DNA of 62,724 nucleotides, counting the filler, from Choristocarpus tenellus KU-1152 (lineage: Eukaryota > Protista > Phaeophyceae), in the NCBI GenBank assembly GCA_964200185.2. It is 12 parts of 12 records of this genome, joined end to end, with 100 filler letters (N's around TTAATTAATTAA, not from the genome) between each part and the next. Parts side by side here need not be neighbours in the genome. Positions count along the whole stretch, not along the records: positions 36,806 to 44,307 come from CAXNAD020006055.1; positions 44,408 to 47,110 come from CAXNAD020025498.1; positions 47,211 to 55,838 come from CAXNAD020004515.1; 9 more parts are not named here. One strand, written 5' to 3'. Below, piece by piece: positions 37,665 through 51,843 of this stretch (its first letter is position 1; each line of letters begins with the position of its first letter). A model generated the notes under the pieces. That model searched no databases and had not been told where the DNA came from. It saw only the letters and a program-made list of their open reading frames with translations. The position numbers were made by a program, and so were the translations under genes.

Positions 37665-38088
37665 TGAGTGGATAGTGGAGATGAACAGGTGTCCTGGTGA
37701 GGTGAAGGGAGGGAAGGGTTTACGCTGAACAGAAGCCTTCAACTCAGCATGTATTCATTTGCTAGCCACAGGCAGGATGAAATGGTGAGCTAAAACAGAC
37801 TCCTGTCCGCAATTCACAAGTGTTCTGTGGGGGTACACAGCAATTGAAGCTATGTATGAAGTGATATGAGATGAGATGAGCGGATAGTGGAGATGAACAG
37901 GTATCCTTGTGAGGTGAAGGGAGGGAAGGGATCATGCTGAACAGAAGCCTTCAACTCAGCACGTTTTTCTTTGCTAGCCACAGGCAGGGTGAAATGGTGA
38001 GCTTGAACAGACTCCTGTCTGCAATGCACAAGTGCTCTGTGGGGGTACACAGCAATTGAAGTCACATATGAAGTGACTATGAGATGAG
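37665..38088. repeat. Tandem duplication of ~212 bp
   Basis: GGATAGTGGAGATGAACAGG...GGGGGTACACAGCAATTGAAG present twice (units start at 37665 and 37877). Confidence 0.92.
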
Positions 38089-38789
38089 CCACACACACAC
38101 ACACTAACTAGCCACCCCCCCGATATAAATTGAGGACACAAGCTAAAAGAGGTGTGTAGCTTGCATAAAGAATGTGTTGTACACAGTTTGGGGATAGTAC
38201 CAGGGGCATATCCTGCACAATGATGAAATCTCAAACTACTGATCATCACCACAGCAGCAGGAGCTTTCAAGTTAGTGGGAATACTTAACACCACAAACAA
38301 TAGGACTTCCTCCAGAGCTACTGCTTGCAGTATTATGTCCAATAATCTCAAACAGACCACCATGGAAGAAACATCTACTATCTACAACTCCGGTTCCAGT
38401 GTAGTAACAAGAGCTCTTTGCATCTTGGCGTTCTGAGGAATCCAAAAGAGGATGACTTTTGCACCTCTTGAGTTGACAGAGACCCAACATAGACCTTGAA
38501 TGAAACTTCTAGCTCTTACTAGTCAATTGGATTTTAATTTCATCTACTCAAGGAACAATTGCCCAACCTTCCTCACCTAAGTTTAGAACCCAAGTTTTTG
38601 GTGGTTCTGAGCACCTGCTACAAACCTGCAACTGCTATTTAAATGAACGGCTGTTCGTCATTCCTTTGGGAAGAACAAGAATATAAAAGCCAAATATCAA
38701 GTTAACATCCTTGTTATAGCAATTGTTAAAGATCATTCATGAATGTCCATCGATTCCGATCTTCCTCTCCATGCGTGCCATGGGGCGTC

Positions 38790-39838
38790 TCACACTCTAG
38801 AATGCAGTGGACTACTTTGATGCCTACCCCCCAGGAGGCCCAAATTCGGTTGGCCCACCTTGTTGTCTGATCCTTTGTCCACTGATGCTGGTGGTGGTGC
38901 CAGCGAAGGCCTGTCCACCTCCTTCATCGTTGCCGCCGCCAACTCCGCCTTACGACCTGTAAAGAAACACCCCCTACGGTTGTTCCCACGGGCTAAACAT
39001 GCCGTGAAGGCATCCTCTAAAGCCTGGAGACCATTAATGAGGTCCTGCTTCTCCTTATCATCCACAGTGCGGCGCGGAGTGTCGGGGTAGTATAACCAGC
39101 CTTCACCGAGAAATCCTGGGAACTTCGCCAGAATACGATTTGTAGAAGAACTTGACGTGCAGGTCGTTCGAGGTAGGTAGAGTGGGGGAGGAGTGGTGAT
39201 AGGGAACGAGCGCAACAGTGCAGGAAATACCAGCAAGGCATGATGTGAGAGGGGAGACGGCATACTAATATGATAATCGGTTGCTCCTGGAGGTGAAAGA
39301 CTGTTGTAGTGGAAGTACAAGGGAAGGTGATGGAATCCTATTTGACATAGCGCAACAATACGCATCCCATGACCTTCGACCACGTCTAAACAGTGGAAAT
39401 CGCAGGGTTTGCAGTTTAGCAAGGTTACCCAAGTTGAAATGAAGCCGAAAGAGAGTCAGAAGAAAAAGGTCGCTATGGCGCTTTCCACTCAGTCCAATCG
39501 TGTTACTTCCCTCCACTGATGACTCACCCCATCACATCTGCCATAAACGCTAGGGAGGGTGTCGCTTTCTGCACTCCCGCGAGGATTCCATCCACGAATA
39601 GGTTGGACACGCGCAAGAAGTAGTCTTTTTCGTGCGAACACCATTTGCCGACTCGAGGCTCTTCAGTCCAACGCTGTCCCTCTTGCCACTTGGCTGTCAC
39701 AACCTTTATATGCTTGCTCGTGACTGGAACTGGTTTGAAGGCCATTGCCTTGTCATCTACAGCGGAACTAGCAGAACCCTTATAATGCCTTTTAGGGGCA
39801 CGGCGCCAGCCGTGTTCGCTGATCTCAGGCGTAGCCAA
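38790..39838 (-). CDS. Two-exon gene with a stramenopile-type uncharacterised GKW...RI.KKF.G domain
   Basis: Exon 39838-39528 (GG|GTGAG) joins in frame to an exon starting at 39150 (AAG|T): PRVGKWCSHEKDYFLRVSNLFVDGIL...FMADVMG-SSTNRILAKFPG...LQALEDAF. This resembles the RRGKWT.EEE.Y....F..G.L...LNCDPMRITKKFTG motif I recall from diatom, oomycete and brown algal proteins. Confidence 0.65.
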
Positions 39839-41520
39839 CCTACAACTTGGAGAATTTCAGACTGTTATTGCTGTTGAGTTGAGAGATATGCTGATTGGAC
39901 CTTTTGAATTGGAAGTAGTATAGTAATAGTAGTAGATATTGCTAGTAGTAGTGAGTAGCTGTTTTAGATAATATTAGAGTTTAATATTGTTGCGCGCGCA
40001 CTTCTAGACCCTCGTTATCCTGTAAGTTAGTCAAAAATAGAGCTAATAATGTATACTCTACATTTTCAATTCATGGTATTTTCTAACCTTCAATTTGAAG
40101 GTGGTGTAGAAGAAATGAAGACCGCTTATTACGTGAATATTTGGGGTTGTGTGAAACAGATGGAAACAAGCCGACATGTTCTTCGTGATGAAGGGGAGCG
40201 GGAAGACCCACAGGAGGCAAGATCAAAGAGAGACAAATCAAAAAGGGAGAGCAATCCCTCAGATCATTCAGGAAAAGAGTGTTCAGGTGGTAACTGAAAG
40301 AGGGGGTTGTTGGTAAGGTCACTCCAAACCAATCTTACTTCAAGCAGATGTTACTTTCAACATGCAAGAACAAATGTCATATGAATATCATAATGTTCAA
40401 GATCGGTCACCTTCAGGATATACCTTCTGTGGAAGATGGCTCTCACATCTGGACCATAATATATCCACAGTAAAGTTTTTATCACGAAAATCTGACCTCG
40501 ATTTTCCAGTTCCACTTGGCAACCACAGTATATTGTACACTTGTACCACTATCCCGTCTGTCTTTCGATTGCTGGTACACAACAAAAACACCAGACCAAG
40601 ATTGGGGTGTTAAGGTCGAGGCTGGCGGAGGAGATATCCGAGCGAGGAGATGGAGCAACGAGTGGTGGAAGTGCTGAACCTAACACACGAGAAGCAAGGC
40701 GTAAATTGAGGGGGCACATTTATTAAATATTACATAGTAGTAGTGGTAGTATAACAATTAGTCAGTAGCTGGTATGGAAGAGCAAATCGTGCATTATGTG
40801 TATTGCCTCTCACTACGGTTTGGTATGGTCCCCAAACTATCAATAATAATACTAGTAGTGTGAAGAAAACGTTAAGATGATATGAATAGTCCAAAATTGA
40901 AATAATGTCGTGGAGACGGTTGGCCTACATGGAACTGGGTAAAAGGCATACCATAAAATGATACACCATCACAAAAAATAAAAAAGTGGGATGAGGGAGA
41001 TGAATGTTGAAGGATAAGTATTGTGGTTTGAAATAGATTCGGATTGGCGTTGATTCCCTGCATAATAAGGAAGGTACCTCTATCTAGTACTTATCTGCTG
41101 CATCGTGAGGCAATTCACATGAATTTTAAATTCGGTTTATCTGGGTTGGGGTGACAGCTGTCCATGTGGGTCATGGGTGGGCCGTGTCGCGAATTTCGGT
41201 CGTTTTTGTTGCATGAGTGAGTTGCACGGACAATGAATGTAGTAGATCTGGTTGTATGTACGTTCGTGTCCTCGGCCTTAAGAAGTACGGGAAAATATGC
41301 TGTCATCATTTTGTGTCATAAATTAGTTTGATTTTTGATTAATTTAAGCAATGTTTTGATCGATAAACTATGGTGAAGTCCATTAAGGAAACGACCTGTT
41401 CACAGACATACGCTTATTTTTAGATGTACCTAACTTGCGAGCGTCGTATACTGTGGCGGTTTGACGCAAACGAGAGGTACTCAAGAGCTACCAAGGGATG
41501 GCCATAAGCTTGCTTATAAT

Positions 41521-41778
41521 GAGTGAAAGTATCTTAGAGGGTACGATTTTTACCATGTTTGTCCGTTTGGGGCTTGACTTCCCACGGGTTTCTTATGGCA
41601 TTTTCCTAATCCGAAATATTTCGGAGCAGGTAAATTGTATACGTTATGAAAAGATGTGTCCGGAACAAGGATATTGACACTTCCTAACAAACACGATTGC
41701 CAAAGTTACATCAAAATCTCAACATTGGATTGTGTCCCCCAAATCGAAGCAGCCCTACCCTCTAAGATGCTTTGGAGC
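41521..41778 (+). mobile_element. MITE family A copy
   Basis: Both TIRs present, the right one degenerate. Flanks TAAT/AAAT. Confidence 0.88.
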
Positions 41779-42516
41779 AAATGTGAATCATTTTAGGAAC
41801 ATAAACTTGAACATAGCGGAACAGTGTTCGCAACTAAAAACCAAGACGGAAGTGTACCCTCCTTTGGTCGAAAAGTTAGGCTAAGTCTCGGTTTGTAAAC
41901 CTACTTATTTTACTTCTTCAGGGTAGTTCCTATTCTACACTGCCACGAACCTCAAGACCTTTGCATCTATTTATACGATCAATGGTCGTAATACTACTGC
42001 TGCTGAGTGATACGTGCTCTTAGCAGCACTTGTTGAAATGAAGCAGGTTAGTAGTACGGGAATACAAATAATAAAGAAGAAATGTGTATTACGAAACGTT
42101 TAAAGACTGGGTCCAGAGTGTAGGATGCATGCCTTTCAAAAGCACATATACTGCTCATAAGAAAGCAATAGATATCTTCCTTGCTTAAAAGGTCGATCCT
42201 CTCTCGAGGTGGGCTTCTTGATAGATCGACCTCTGAGTACACAAAGTGGTTGAAGGGTTGATAGAATGATAGCAAATGCGCCAACTTCATTTTTCGGCAC
42301 AGTAGTAGTGGCAGATGGTGGGAGACTACTTGCACACTTCACACATCACAAACAACACGAGGCCCATTACTCGGGTTGATGCATTTGGTCAGATCCTTAG
42401 TATAAACACTGGAAATGAAGCAGGAGGAGCCATCCCAAGAAAATGTTATACTCCGGAGTGTAATACATGGAGGGGCTAGGAGATAATTTACGAACAGCAA
42501 CATTCCACAAACGAGT

Positions 42517-42776
42517 CAGCCAAAGTATCTTAGAGGGTAGAGCCACGTCCATTTGGGGGCCAAAATCCAAAGTTGCGATTTCGATGTAATTTTGACTATC
42601 TTGTTTCTTAGGAAGTGTCAATATTCTTGTTCTGGACACACCTTTTCATGACATACACATTTTACCTACTGCACAAACATTTTGGAGTAGGAAAATGCCA
42701 TAAAAATGTCCATGGGAAGCCAAGCCCCAAATGGACAAAGAGGGCAAACCTCGTACCCTCTAAGATACTTTCACAC
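42517..42776 (-). mobile_element. MITE family A copy
   Basis: CAAAGTATCTTAGAGGGTAG ... TACCCTCTAAGATACTTTCAC. Confidence 0.9.
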
Positions 42777-43606
42777 AGTTAGCTGTATACATCACCTTGA
42801 GCCATTAGAATGCCTTGCAATATCCCCCATCCCCTCAACCTTGACACGATTAGTAGAGTGTGCACACATACAGGGAGGAGTTGGTCTGTTGTAGGGGTTC
42901 TGCAGCACGAGAGAAATGTTGGTTTAGGAAGAAGTCAAGGAATGTTTCCAGCAAGCAGAAGCAGGCGTGCAGAATAGGTGGGCTCCGTGTTGTATGACGA
43001 ATATAGAAGGTGCGCAGGATCGCTTCGTTTGCCTGAAATGTATGATACAACTGTGTTTCAATCAATTCGCTACTGGTCTTGGCAACAGGTTGTGGAAAGA
43101 CAGGTCCTACCTCAGTCTATTGTATACGCAGTAAAATGCTTGAGGTCGTCTCCCGTGAAATGTTGTGATCTTGTTGTTAGGATGGGGAAACACAGGAAAG
43201 TATTGTGGGTAAAGAATTTTTGATTTTATATATAGGAGGGAGGAGCACTCAAGGCGTATACTTACCTGACGGGGGCTTGCCAGTGGTCAAGATGACTGGT
43301 GACCGCAGGGGGAGCAGGCTCTTGCACTTGCCCTAAAAACCAAGGAGTGCTGTAATCCCTGCAGAAAGTTTCTTCGGAAGCTTCTCTACCGTATATTTTT
43401 TTACTGGGGAGGTTGCCAACAAACACGTTACTACAATACGAACATCCACAATGACAACGCCCACCCACTCAACGAAGACAAGCACCACACCAGCACCACA
43501 CCTTATATACCAAGCCACCCATACTACTTACATGTCGTATTAATTGTTGTACCCGTCGTCTTGATCTTGTGATCTTCACCTGGGCGTGTAGTAGTAGTAG
43601 TAGTAA

Positions 43607-44010
43607 GGTGGTACCAGTAGCTTTGCCCTCTGCGTCAATCTTGTTTTTTTCACCGGAACGCCACAACATGTGTACAACAATTTACATATCAAATGAAAGG
43701 GAATGGCACGACCTTTTGAAGGTTTGTATCCGCGAATGTCCTGGTTTCGGGGAACGAGAGCTATGTCCCGATCAAATAATGGCAAAAACGAGGGAGAACA
43801 CCTCCGCCGAAATTTTGAAGGTCTCGACCTCAAAACGGTCAAATATGAAGTGGTTGGCTGAACTCCTTGCAAAAGCCTGATCCGGGGTACGTCACTGCCC
43901 AAGTTTGGCCGGTGTGGCGATACAGAACCCCCCCCCAAGATTTGCGGGCTTCTTTTTAATACCTTTTGCAGACTTTCTGTAATCACACACACGCATGATT
44001 TACACAGCAA
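43607..44010 (+). mobile_element. Dispersed element family C copy (Kolobok-like terminus)
   Basis: Begins GTAA|GGTGGTACCAGTAGC. Shares TCAAATGAA, TCCCGATCAA, GAACTCCTTGCAAAA and TTTTGCAGACTTTCTGT blocks with one or both of the other copies. Confidence 0.7.
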
Positions 44011-47000
44011 CATAAACCACGACGGTGAGACAAGGAGAGCCGCCGAGGTCACTCTGCCCCCTGGATCTACCCATGGCACCTTCTCTGTCGAGAGACGGCG
44101 GAAAAGCAAGTACTGTGTGACACTCAGTGCGATGTTAGGTGACGAGAAAGTGCGAGTAGTGTGGCACAGCAGCATATATAATCAAGTCGCACAATGGATC
44201 ATGGGGCCGTGACGCTGATGCTGAGAGAAGATGCATTGAAAGCATTACCACACAAACGTGGTTGGATCTTCAACATCGTCAGAGCACTGTTCTGCAGTCT
44301 CTGCCACNNNNNNNNNNNNNNNNNNNNNNNNNNNNNNNNNNNNNNNNNNNNTTAATTAATTAANNNNNNNNNNNNNNNNNNNNNNNNNNNNNNNNNNNNN
44401 NNNNNNNCTAGTTCTTCCATTGTTGAGGCAGGGGCAGGCACTGGGGAGGTGATGGGAGTGGGGGGAGGAAGTGGGGGTGTTGGTGGGAGAGGGTTTGTCC
44501 CGGTGATGGTGGGGAGTGATGGGCAGCCAGTGAGGGCGTTGGCAGTGCCTCCGTGTGATGTTGGAGCAGGAGAGGTGAGAGTGGAAATGGGGTTTGTGCA
44601 GCTGTAGTGTGCAGGGAGGGGATGGGGGGTTGTTGATCTTGGGATTGGAGGTTGGGAATACCAGTTGGATAGAAAGGGTAGCCTAGTGCGTTCCACTGTT
44701 GTAGAGATTGCTGCAGGCCAATGTATGCATGTGATTTGGTGTTGAGGTTTAGACACTGGGGTTAGAGCTTTTTGTTCGTGATATGGAGTCATGGCACAAT
44801 TTAGGGCTGGGGGATAAGGTACAAAACCAGGTTTTGTACAATGAAATAGGTTGTACATGGCACGTTCAGCCAACTTGATGCATACACTCTGCAGCCTTCG
44901 CTACCCCCTCGATATTGATCTCACTTGTTACAAGCTGGGTACCAGGGCCACATGAATGCCACTCTCACCACAAACCACGACAGTATTCATCAACTCCCGT
45001 GTTTCGCATAATCACACACATACACACGTGCATACACATCACTGCCTCACCTTACTTCCATCTTGCACTCAAACTGTATATCTTGCTTCTCAGGTGACGG
45101 TTCCTCTCTGGGTTCGTTCTGAGGTACCTGGGAGGAAGGTGGTCAGGGCCACAGTGGATAATGCACCGAAGACTTCAGGTGGGAAGGAGCAGTTGGAGCT
45201 GCAGCAGGGGAAAGCGGAGTGGGATGGGTTGGGGCAGGAGAGGGCCACATGGGCATCAGCTGAAGTGGTTTTTGTTCGCCCACTTGTGGCATCAGTTGAC
45301 ATTGTGCCTCTACAGGTGTGTACATAGAGCTGATACAAATGCCAGTTGATCTTTTCTGTTTCCTTCACCACTCACTGCACCCTTCTTCTGACACACAGAT
45401 ATCAACCCGCTGAGGTCAATTTTGGCACCAAGACTTGGATTGTCATCCTCAAATGGGAATTTAAAGTGTGCTTCTCAGCATTTATTCACTTATCTCGTGT
45501 AGTTCAAGGAAGTACCATGCCTCACAGTAGTCCATTGCTCTATTCAAATGGAGGGCCCAATCTTTTTGTGTGAGGGAATCATGTTGCAAAGGCTTTTCCA
45601 TGAGTAGTTCCAAGAGTGCTCCCACCTCAAGTCACTTGCTGCAGTTTTGTTTGACTTTGGTAGTATGGTCATCTTGCCTTCCTTGTTATGGTAGATACAG
45701 TCTTCAATTGTGGGTACTACAAGGGTTGCAGTTGATTTCCGCCTTAGGTGGTACTTCAACAGATAGCTCTTTGTTGAGCTATGGTTGTTGTGCTGATGCT
45801 TTTCTGTGCCTTGTGTTTTGTCTGGTGTATCATGTATAGAACATGTGAAAAACATCCAAGTAAGAAAGAATGCCCGCTCATTGCAGTGAAGAAAATGCTA
45901 GTCTTTGAAACCTGTACATATGTGTTGACCTCATCTCCTAGGCAGTTACTGTGGAATAGGTTTCTGCGTCATGATGCGGTGGCAGCGTACATGAGTGCCC
46001 TCTCCCCTGAATCTCCCCCCTGATGTGCCACCCGCTGTCCTCACTCCCCTACTCCTATCTGCGCTGGTCATCCCTTTCACATGGTGCTCCATGTTAGTTT
46101 TATGATGATGCTGGACGTACTTTAATGGTTCCAGGTACATTTTTTTCTCCTTCAAGTTTTCCTTTTTAATTGCTTTTTTTTCTGTTTATTTTGTGGGCAT
46201 TTTGTTTTGTTTCGTGGCAGGACCACTCCTTCCCTCCACTTCAGCCAGAGGATGCTCCTGTGCGAGCCCACCTAGGGCAGGCGGTTGCAGTGAAGGTAGG
46301 CTCCTGAGTCACATGACACACAAGGGTTGATGTTGTTGCTACTCTGGTTTAGAATGAAGATTGAATCACTGCTCTGCTGTTTGAACACATTTAATGTGTA
46401 TATTAAAAAAAGCTGTTCAAACAACCGAGAATCAAACTATAGAAGCGTAGAACTCAAACTCCTGCATTGAGTTTGGAAACCAGGGGGGGGGGGGGGTTCC
46501 GCAGTGACCCCTCTCTGGAATATCGACCGATTTGAGTGATATCCACTGCAACACTACGTCGTGATTGGCAGGATTCCGTTATGGTATTTTAATTTAATGT
46601 TGGCGGTATGATGTCAAGGCATGGTACGATACAGTAACAAGTTTGTTGTGTTGTCACACTGTCCAATTTGGCTACAAAGCTCTTCTGGTGCTGATGTGCA
46701 CTTACACACAATTCGATTGTGGCGCTCAGGTGGTTGTGACTAATCCTCAGGAGCGACAGCTCTCCATTCTACGCATGGAGATTGCTCCCCCCTCGGACCC
46801 CAACACACGCGCATCTGACAGTGGTGGTGGCAATGTGGGCTATGGAGGAGGACAGAGTCTGCCCGCACGTCTCCTTGAGGGTCCCATCCTCTACAACTCT
46901 GGGAAGGCCCCCTCGAGGCTGCTGGGGGGTGAGGAAGGGGGCACCGGTGCAGGAGGCGGGATTTTACTCGCTAAAGGTGATGCCCATGCCTGTTGTACCC

Positions 47001-47442
47001 TTGCCGTGGGTGAGATGGAAGGGGCGGTGCCACTTGGTGTCCTAGTGGTTCATTGGAGGGCTTGGAGAGGAGGGAAAAGGGAGGGGGAGGGGAAGGGGGA
47101 ATGGGAGGAGNNNNNNNNNNNNNNNNNNNNNNNNNNNNNNNNNNNNNNNNNNNNTTAATTAATTAANNNNNNNNNNNNNNNNNNNNNNNNNNNNNNNNNN
47201 NNNNNNNNNNATTTAGGCGGGGTATTTGACCAGAAGTAATCGGCGGACTATTAGAGTCGGAGTGTTTCTGACGTGTACTAGAGATACGTTGAATCATTTG
47301 GTATTCTGAGTCATTAAGTGTAAGGACTGGTGAGCCCAACCTAGTGAAGGTATCTCACTCTCTTCTTAACTGTGGTACAAGTTAATAAACAATAATATAA
47401 CTAGTTGTGTGGGACAACAGATCGTCAAGGACAGCTTAACAA

Positions 47443-47625
47443 CATTTTACCTACTCCGAAACATTTCGGAGTAGGTAAAATGTGTATGTTATGAAAAGGT
47501 GCGTCCAGAACGAGGGTATTGAGACACTTCCTAACAAACACGATAGCCAAAACTATATCAAAATCGCAACATTGGGTTTTGGCCCCCAAACGGACGTGGC
47601 TCTATCCTCTAAGATACTTTGACTC
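47443..47625 (+). mobile_element. MITE family A, 5'-truncated at the central palindrome
   Basis: Starts at CATTTTACCTACTCCGAAAC and ends CTCTAAGATACTTTGACTC. Confidence 0.85.
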
Positions 47626-47764
47626 GCATGCGGAAAGAATTGATCTTGCTATTCGCCCGTAACAGAAGGTCAAGACACTACCATCTCCAGAACGTAGGTT
47701 GATTTCATCCGGTGGAATAGGTCCAGTACAGGAATTCTGTAGGACAGTACGGGCATACAGAAAA

Positions 47765-48019
47765 GAGTAAAGGTATCTTAGAGGGTACGAGTTTTGTCCT
47801 GTTTGTCCGTTTGGGGCTTGGCTTCCCACGAGTTTTTTCATTATATTTTCCTACTCTGAAATTCAGAGTAGGTAAAATGTGTAAGATATGACATGGTGTG
47901 TTCAAAACAAGGATATTGACACCTCCTAACAAACACGATAGCCAAATTATGTCAAAATCACAGCATTAGATTTTGGCCCCCAAACGGATACGGCTCTACC
48001 CTCTAAGATTCTTTGGCTC
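47765..48019 (+). mobile_element. MITE family A copy
   Basis: Both TIRs present. TSD AAAA. Confidence 0.9.
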
Positions 48020-49938
48020 AAAATTGTGAGAAATGCGTGGGGGATGTCACTTGTCGTGCGTAGAGTTAAAGTGGCGGGGGAAGGATTGACTCTTCCTTCA
48101 ATATTAATACGTTTGAAGATGATCTGAGACACAATGGAAGTGATGCATAGTGCGACAAGGCACTGGTGAACCATGCGGAAGTAGCATTATAATCAGGTAT
48201 ACGGTCTGCCCCTAATGGAAAATTGGACATTAGCATGTTTACTCTGGACGTGTCGAGGAATGAACTGGGTCCATGGTGCAAGTGGGTATTGAAAACGAGC
48301 TATGCAGAGGCAAAAGCGATACTGAACTGTTTAAGTTGAAGATTGGGATGTAATCCCCCTTCAAAGGGAGCAATGGCGATCTGGTCGATTAATTTACTCT
48401 CTCTAGAGTCCGTGGATGAACGGTCAACTGCTGTGGTTAACCTGCCGAGAAGGTGTCGAAAACATAGGGATATGCTTCAAGTGATTCGTATGTGTTTGTT
48501 GGGCGATGTTAGCCCACTGCCCACACCAGTCACCTATTGCATTTGCGTGTCAATACGTGTTGATAAAAACATTGTATAATTGGTCCCATATCTCAGGGGT
48601 AGCTATGGGTACGAGGTCTGTGGATTTATTCTACATTTGAAGTGAACAAAATTGGGTAGGAGCGCCATTCAACTGTGCCTTCCATGCTAGCATTTAAATC
48701 AAAGATCAAAGGTAAGTAGGTCATTCAACCACGATCAATGGCCATTTGATCACGCTTAGTCAAATCAATTGAGAGGTAGCCAGGTTTGGAACCCTTCACA
48801 CTCTAGCCCATCTTTCTTACCCTGTGCGAACACTCTATTTCATTTCTTTTTACGTGCACATTATTGTGCACGCAAAATTGGGGTTCCCCTTCCCTACACA
48901 CAAAGTGACAACCACAATTCAGCGAAGGCTCTTACCGCAATCGTGTAAAATGACATATTTTTCCTCTTTCTCGGGATCCTCCTTAAAATACAACCCCATC
49001 TACGTCTTCGTTGGTTTGACTTGTTGTGAATTTTATATTGTTATGTGCTGTGATATTTTTCGGGTGTGTAAGGGGGAAAAAATAGTGAAAAGTTAAGCCA
49101 ATATCATAAGAGAACCGTTATGAATCGTGAAGTTGAAGTGTGACATGCACGTGGAAACTTGTCAGAAGCGTAGGTACATCAGTCGTGGGGGAAGGAAGAT
49201 CCATGTCTTCGGGAAAGTTAGCTGACGACATTTTCGGCGAAGCGGGTTGTTTGGGAAATAAATGCGGACTTCCTTATGCTAGTAATGTTTCTAGCCTCCA
49301 TCAGATTCCTAACGAAGTCCATTTTGGGGTAAGTTTTGCCTCGACTGCTTGTTTCGATCCTGGACTGATGAGTATGATGCACATGTCTGCAGTAGATGAA
49401 GCTTGTGAAGCTGGTGAGGATATCTATGATGACCTGGGTGGGACATTCTGGGTTTATGAAGCAGGAGGATTTGAAGTTAGCGGCTGACTTAGGTGATGAT
49501 TATCTGCGGACATGACTTGCTGGGCGACTTGTTCCAAAAATCGAGAGTATCCCTGAAGTACTATTGAAGTACTCTGCCATGCCAGAACTGCTGTATAGTC
49601 GTCCCCAGTTTGAACCAGGCGGAAACTGGTTGTGTAGATCCTTCAGACTGAAGGGGAGTGAGTAGGACAGAGGGGAATGGAAGGGAGAGATAAGTTAGGA
49701 GGGTAACCAACCCTCAGAAGTTCACTCAGGAAACGATTGAAGAAGGGAAGTGAATGAGGGGGGGTTATAAGGTCCATTCAACAATCCGATACTGACATCA
49801 CGAGGAAGCAATAATGTCATACGAGAAAGATTGTGGTATTCCTTCTAACGGAAGGGCACTTTAAAGGTACACCTTGGCTGGAAGATGGGTATCAAAGTAG
49901 ACAGTAGTAGTAGAGTGCTGACTGGAGTGTCCATCATC

Positions 49939-49972
<34 letters not shown>

Positions 49973-49979
49973 TACTGTG

Positions 49980-50345
49980 TTAGGCAGGGTCCAATCAGTC
50001 GTGGGGGGTGTTCAGAATCAACATTTGTGTCCTGGTGGGGTGCTACCCAGCAAACCCAAAGATTCTCGGTTATCAAATCTTAGGAAAAGTTTTGATAGGG
50101 TCTCAGATCCGATGGATGATATCACATCTTGGTGAGTGTTCAATCGAAAGTGGTCCGAGGGTCCTCAACGTTTCTATGTTTGATATTGGCGGGAAAGTCA
50201 CCAATGACAATGAAATGTGCGCGCAATACACTTGCGCAGATGTGTACTTGGACTGAGATCAGCTCCCAAAGGGACCTGTCCGTCATATCACCTCCCCCCC
50301 AGTGTGAGCTCTGTCTGCACACGAAAAAAAAATGTGTCTGACAGT
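49980..50345 (-). mobile_element. Possible LINE APE-endonuclease relic
   Basis: HFIVIGDFPAN resembles the APE motif I.GDFNA, with a downstream PT motif. Heavily decayed. Confidence 0.3.
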
Positions 50346-50373
50346 CCCGTGGGAGAAAAGAAAAATAATAATC

Positions 50374-50550
50374 TGGGCATCCCATAAATGTTAATGTAGC
50401 CAATTTGGAGGAGTTCCTTGAAAGGTTGTCCTCAATAGGGTTTGGAACCCCAGAGTTTGTCAAAAAGAAAAATCCCGAATCATTTGGGTATCCCATAAAT
50501 GTTCATATAGCCAATTTGGAGGAGTTCCTTGAAAGGTTGTTCTCAACAGG
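50374..50550. repeat. Tandem duplication, period ~111 bp
   Basis: TCCCATAAATGTT..TAGCCAATTTGGAGGAGTTCCTTGAAAGGTTGT present twice (units start at 50374 and 50485). Confidence 0.9.
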
Positions 50551-51843
50551 GTTGGAACCCCAAAGTTGGTGATGAGAAACATCCTATTATACCTTTAATT
50601 ACCTAAGGGTTATTAAGATAACATCCCAGGAAATATTGGTATCAAAAGGCTTGGGTCATTGTGTTGATCAAGCTACAATGCCTAAGCTAGTGCAAATGTG
50701 AAATGGAAACCTATGATTCCCTATTCTTGGTTTTGGGTTGCGCTAGGCCACAACAGATGTCTTAAGAGGAACTGCACTGAGGCGGAGTTTTTTTTTTAAA
50801 GAATTGGATCAGTGATTACCTTTGTGGGTGGATCATTACCTGGAATTATTGCCTTGTGTCCCTGAAAGCAAAACGTTAAATATCCTGTGTTTGTCAGGAA
50901 AGGCTTGTCCACTTCCATTCTGAGGAATCTGTATACTGTCTAATCCTTTTGATTTGAAAGGGAAAACTCGATTTCTCACCTTCAATTATTATTGTTAATA
51001 ACCCGTGTATCCGGCGTTCGGGAGTAATGAGGTTTAGTTTTCATCCAGTTACAATCTTTTGGACTATGTGGAGCAGAAACCGTGTGCCCCCCTACGAGGA
51101 ACACAGTCACCTCCCACTGGGCGAGCTCTAATCAAAATCTTATTTGCTTAAGGGGCAAACCATTGAGAGGGCCGAGGGATCTCAGCGATTTGCTGCTTAA
51201 GATAGAGGATTCAAACCTATAAATAACCATCCCGAGTATTCACATCAATTACTCTTTTTGCGGGTATCAGGCCGGCAAACCACTGTGTGAGTAGTAGATG
51301 TAGCCACAGGGACATCACCTTGAGGGTTTGAAGCAAGAGCATGTTGAGTGTTCTCGACGACAATGGCGGCAATTGATTGAGCCAGGTGTGTTTGTGAAGA
51401 GTGGTTCGTCGGCTATTGTGGCAGAGGGTGGCGGAGAACACTGAAAAGACTCTGGCATCGGTATACCTTGATCACAGGGAGTTTTTGAAGACTTTAGTGT
51501 CAGTACACTTTGGTCAGGAGAAACATCCAGATTGTGTTGTAATCTATATGCTTCAATCATCTCTGCACACTGAGGGATTCCTTTTGCTTTCCGCCAGACA
51601 TCACTAGCTGGAGCAAAACCTCTAAATCTAAGCTGGTATGAATAGTTATGTGGGGATTTCCGACCCACTCCAGGTTTATGGTCTGCAATGCCCTCAACAA
51701 AGTATGACCCTAAAATTGGTTGAACGCTTGAACCTTGTTCTATATCTGGTTCAGGTACTATTCTGCCCAGAAAAAAAGAGTTGAGAGAGTCAATGTCTGG
51801 TTCAGGAGGGTGGCCCTCTTTGTGTGGTTTAAGTCGTGCTATA

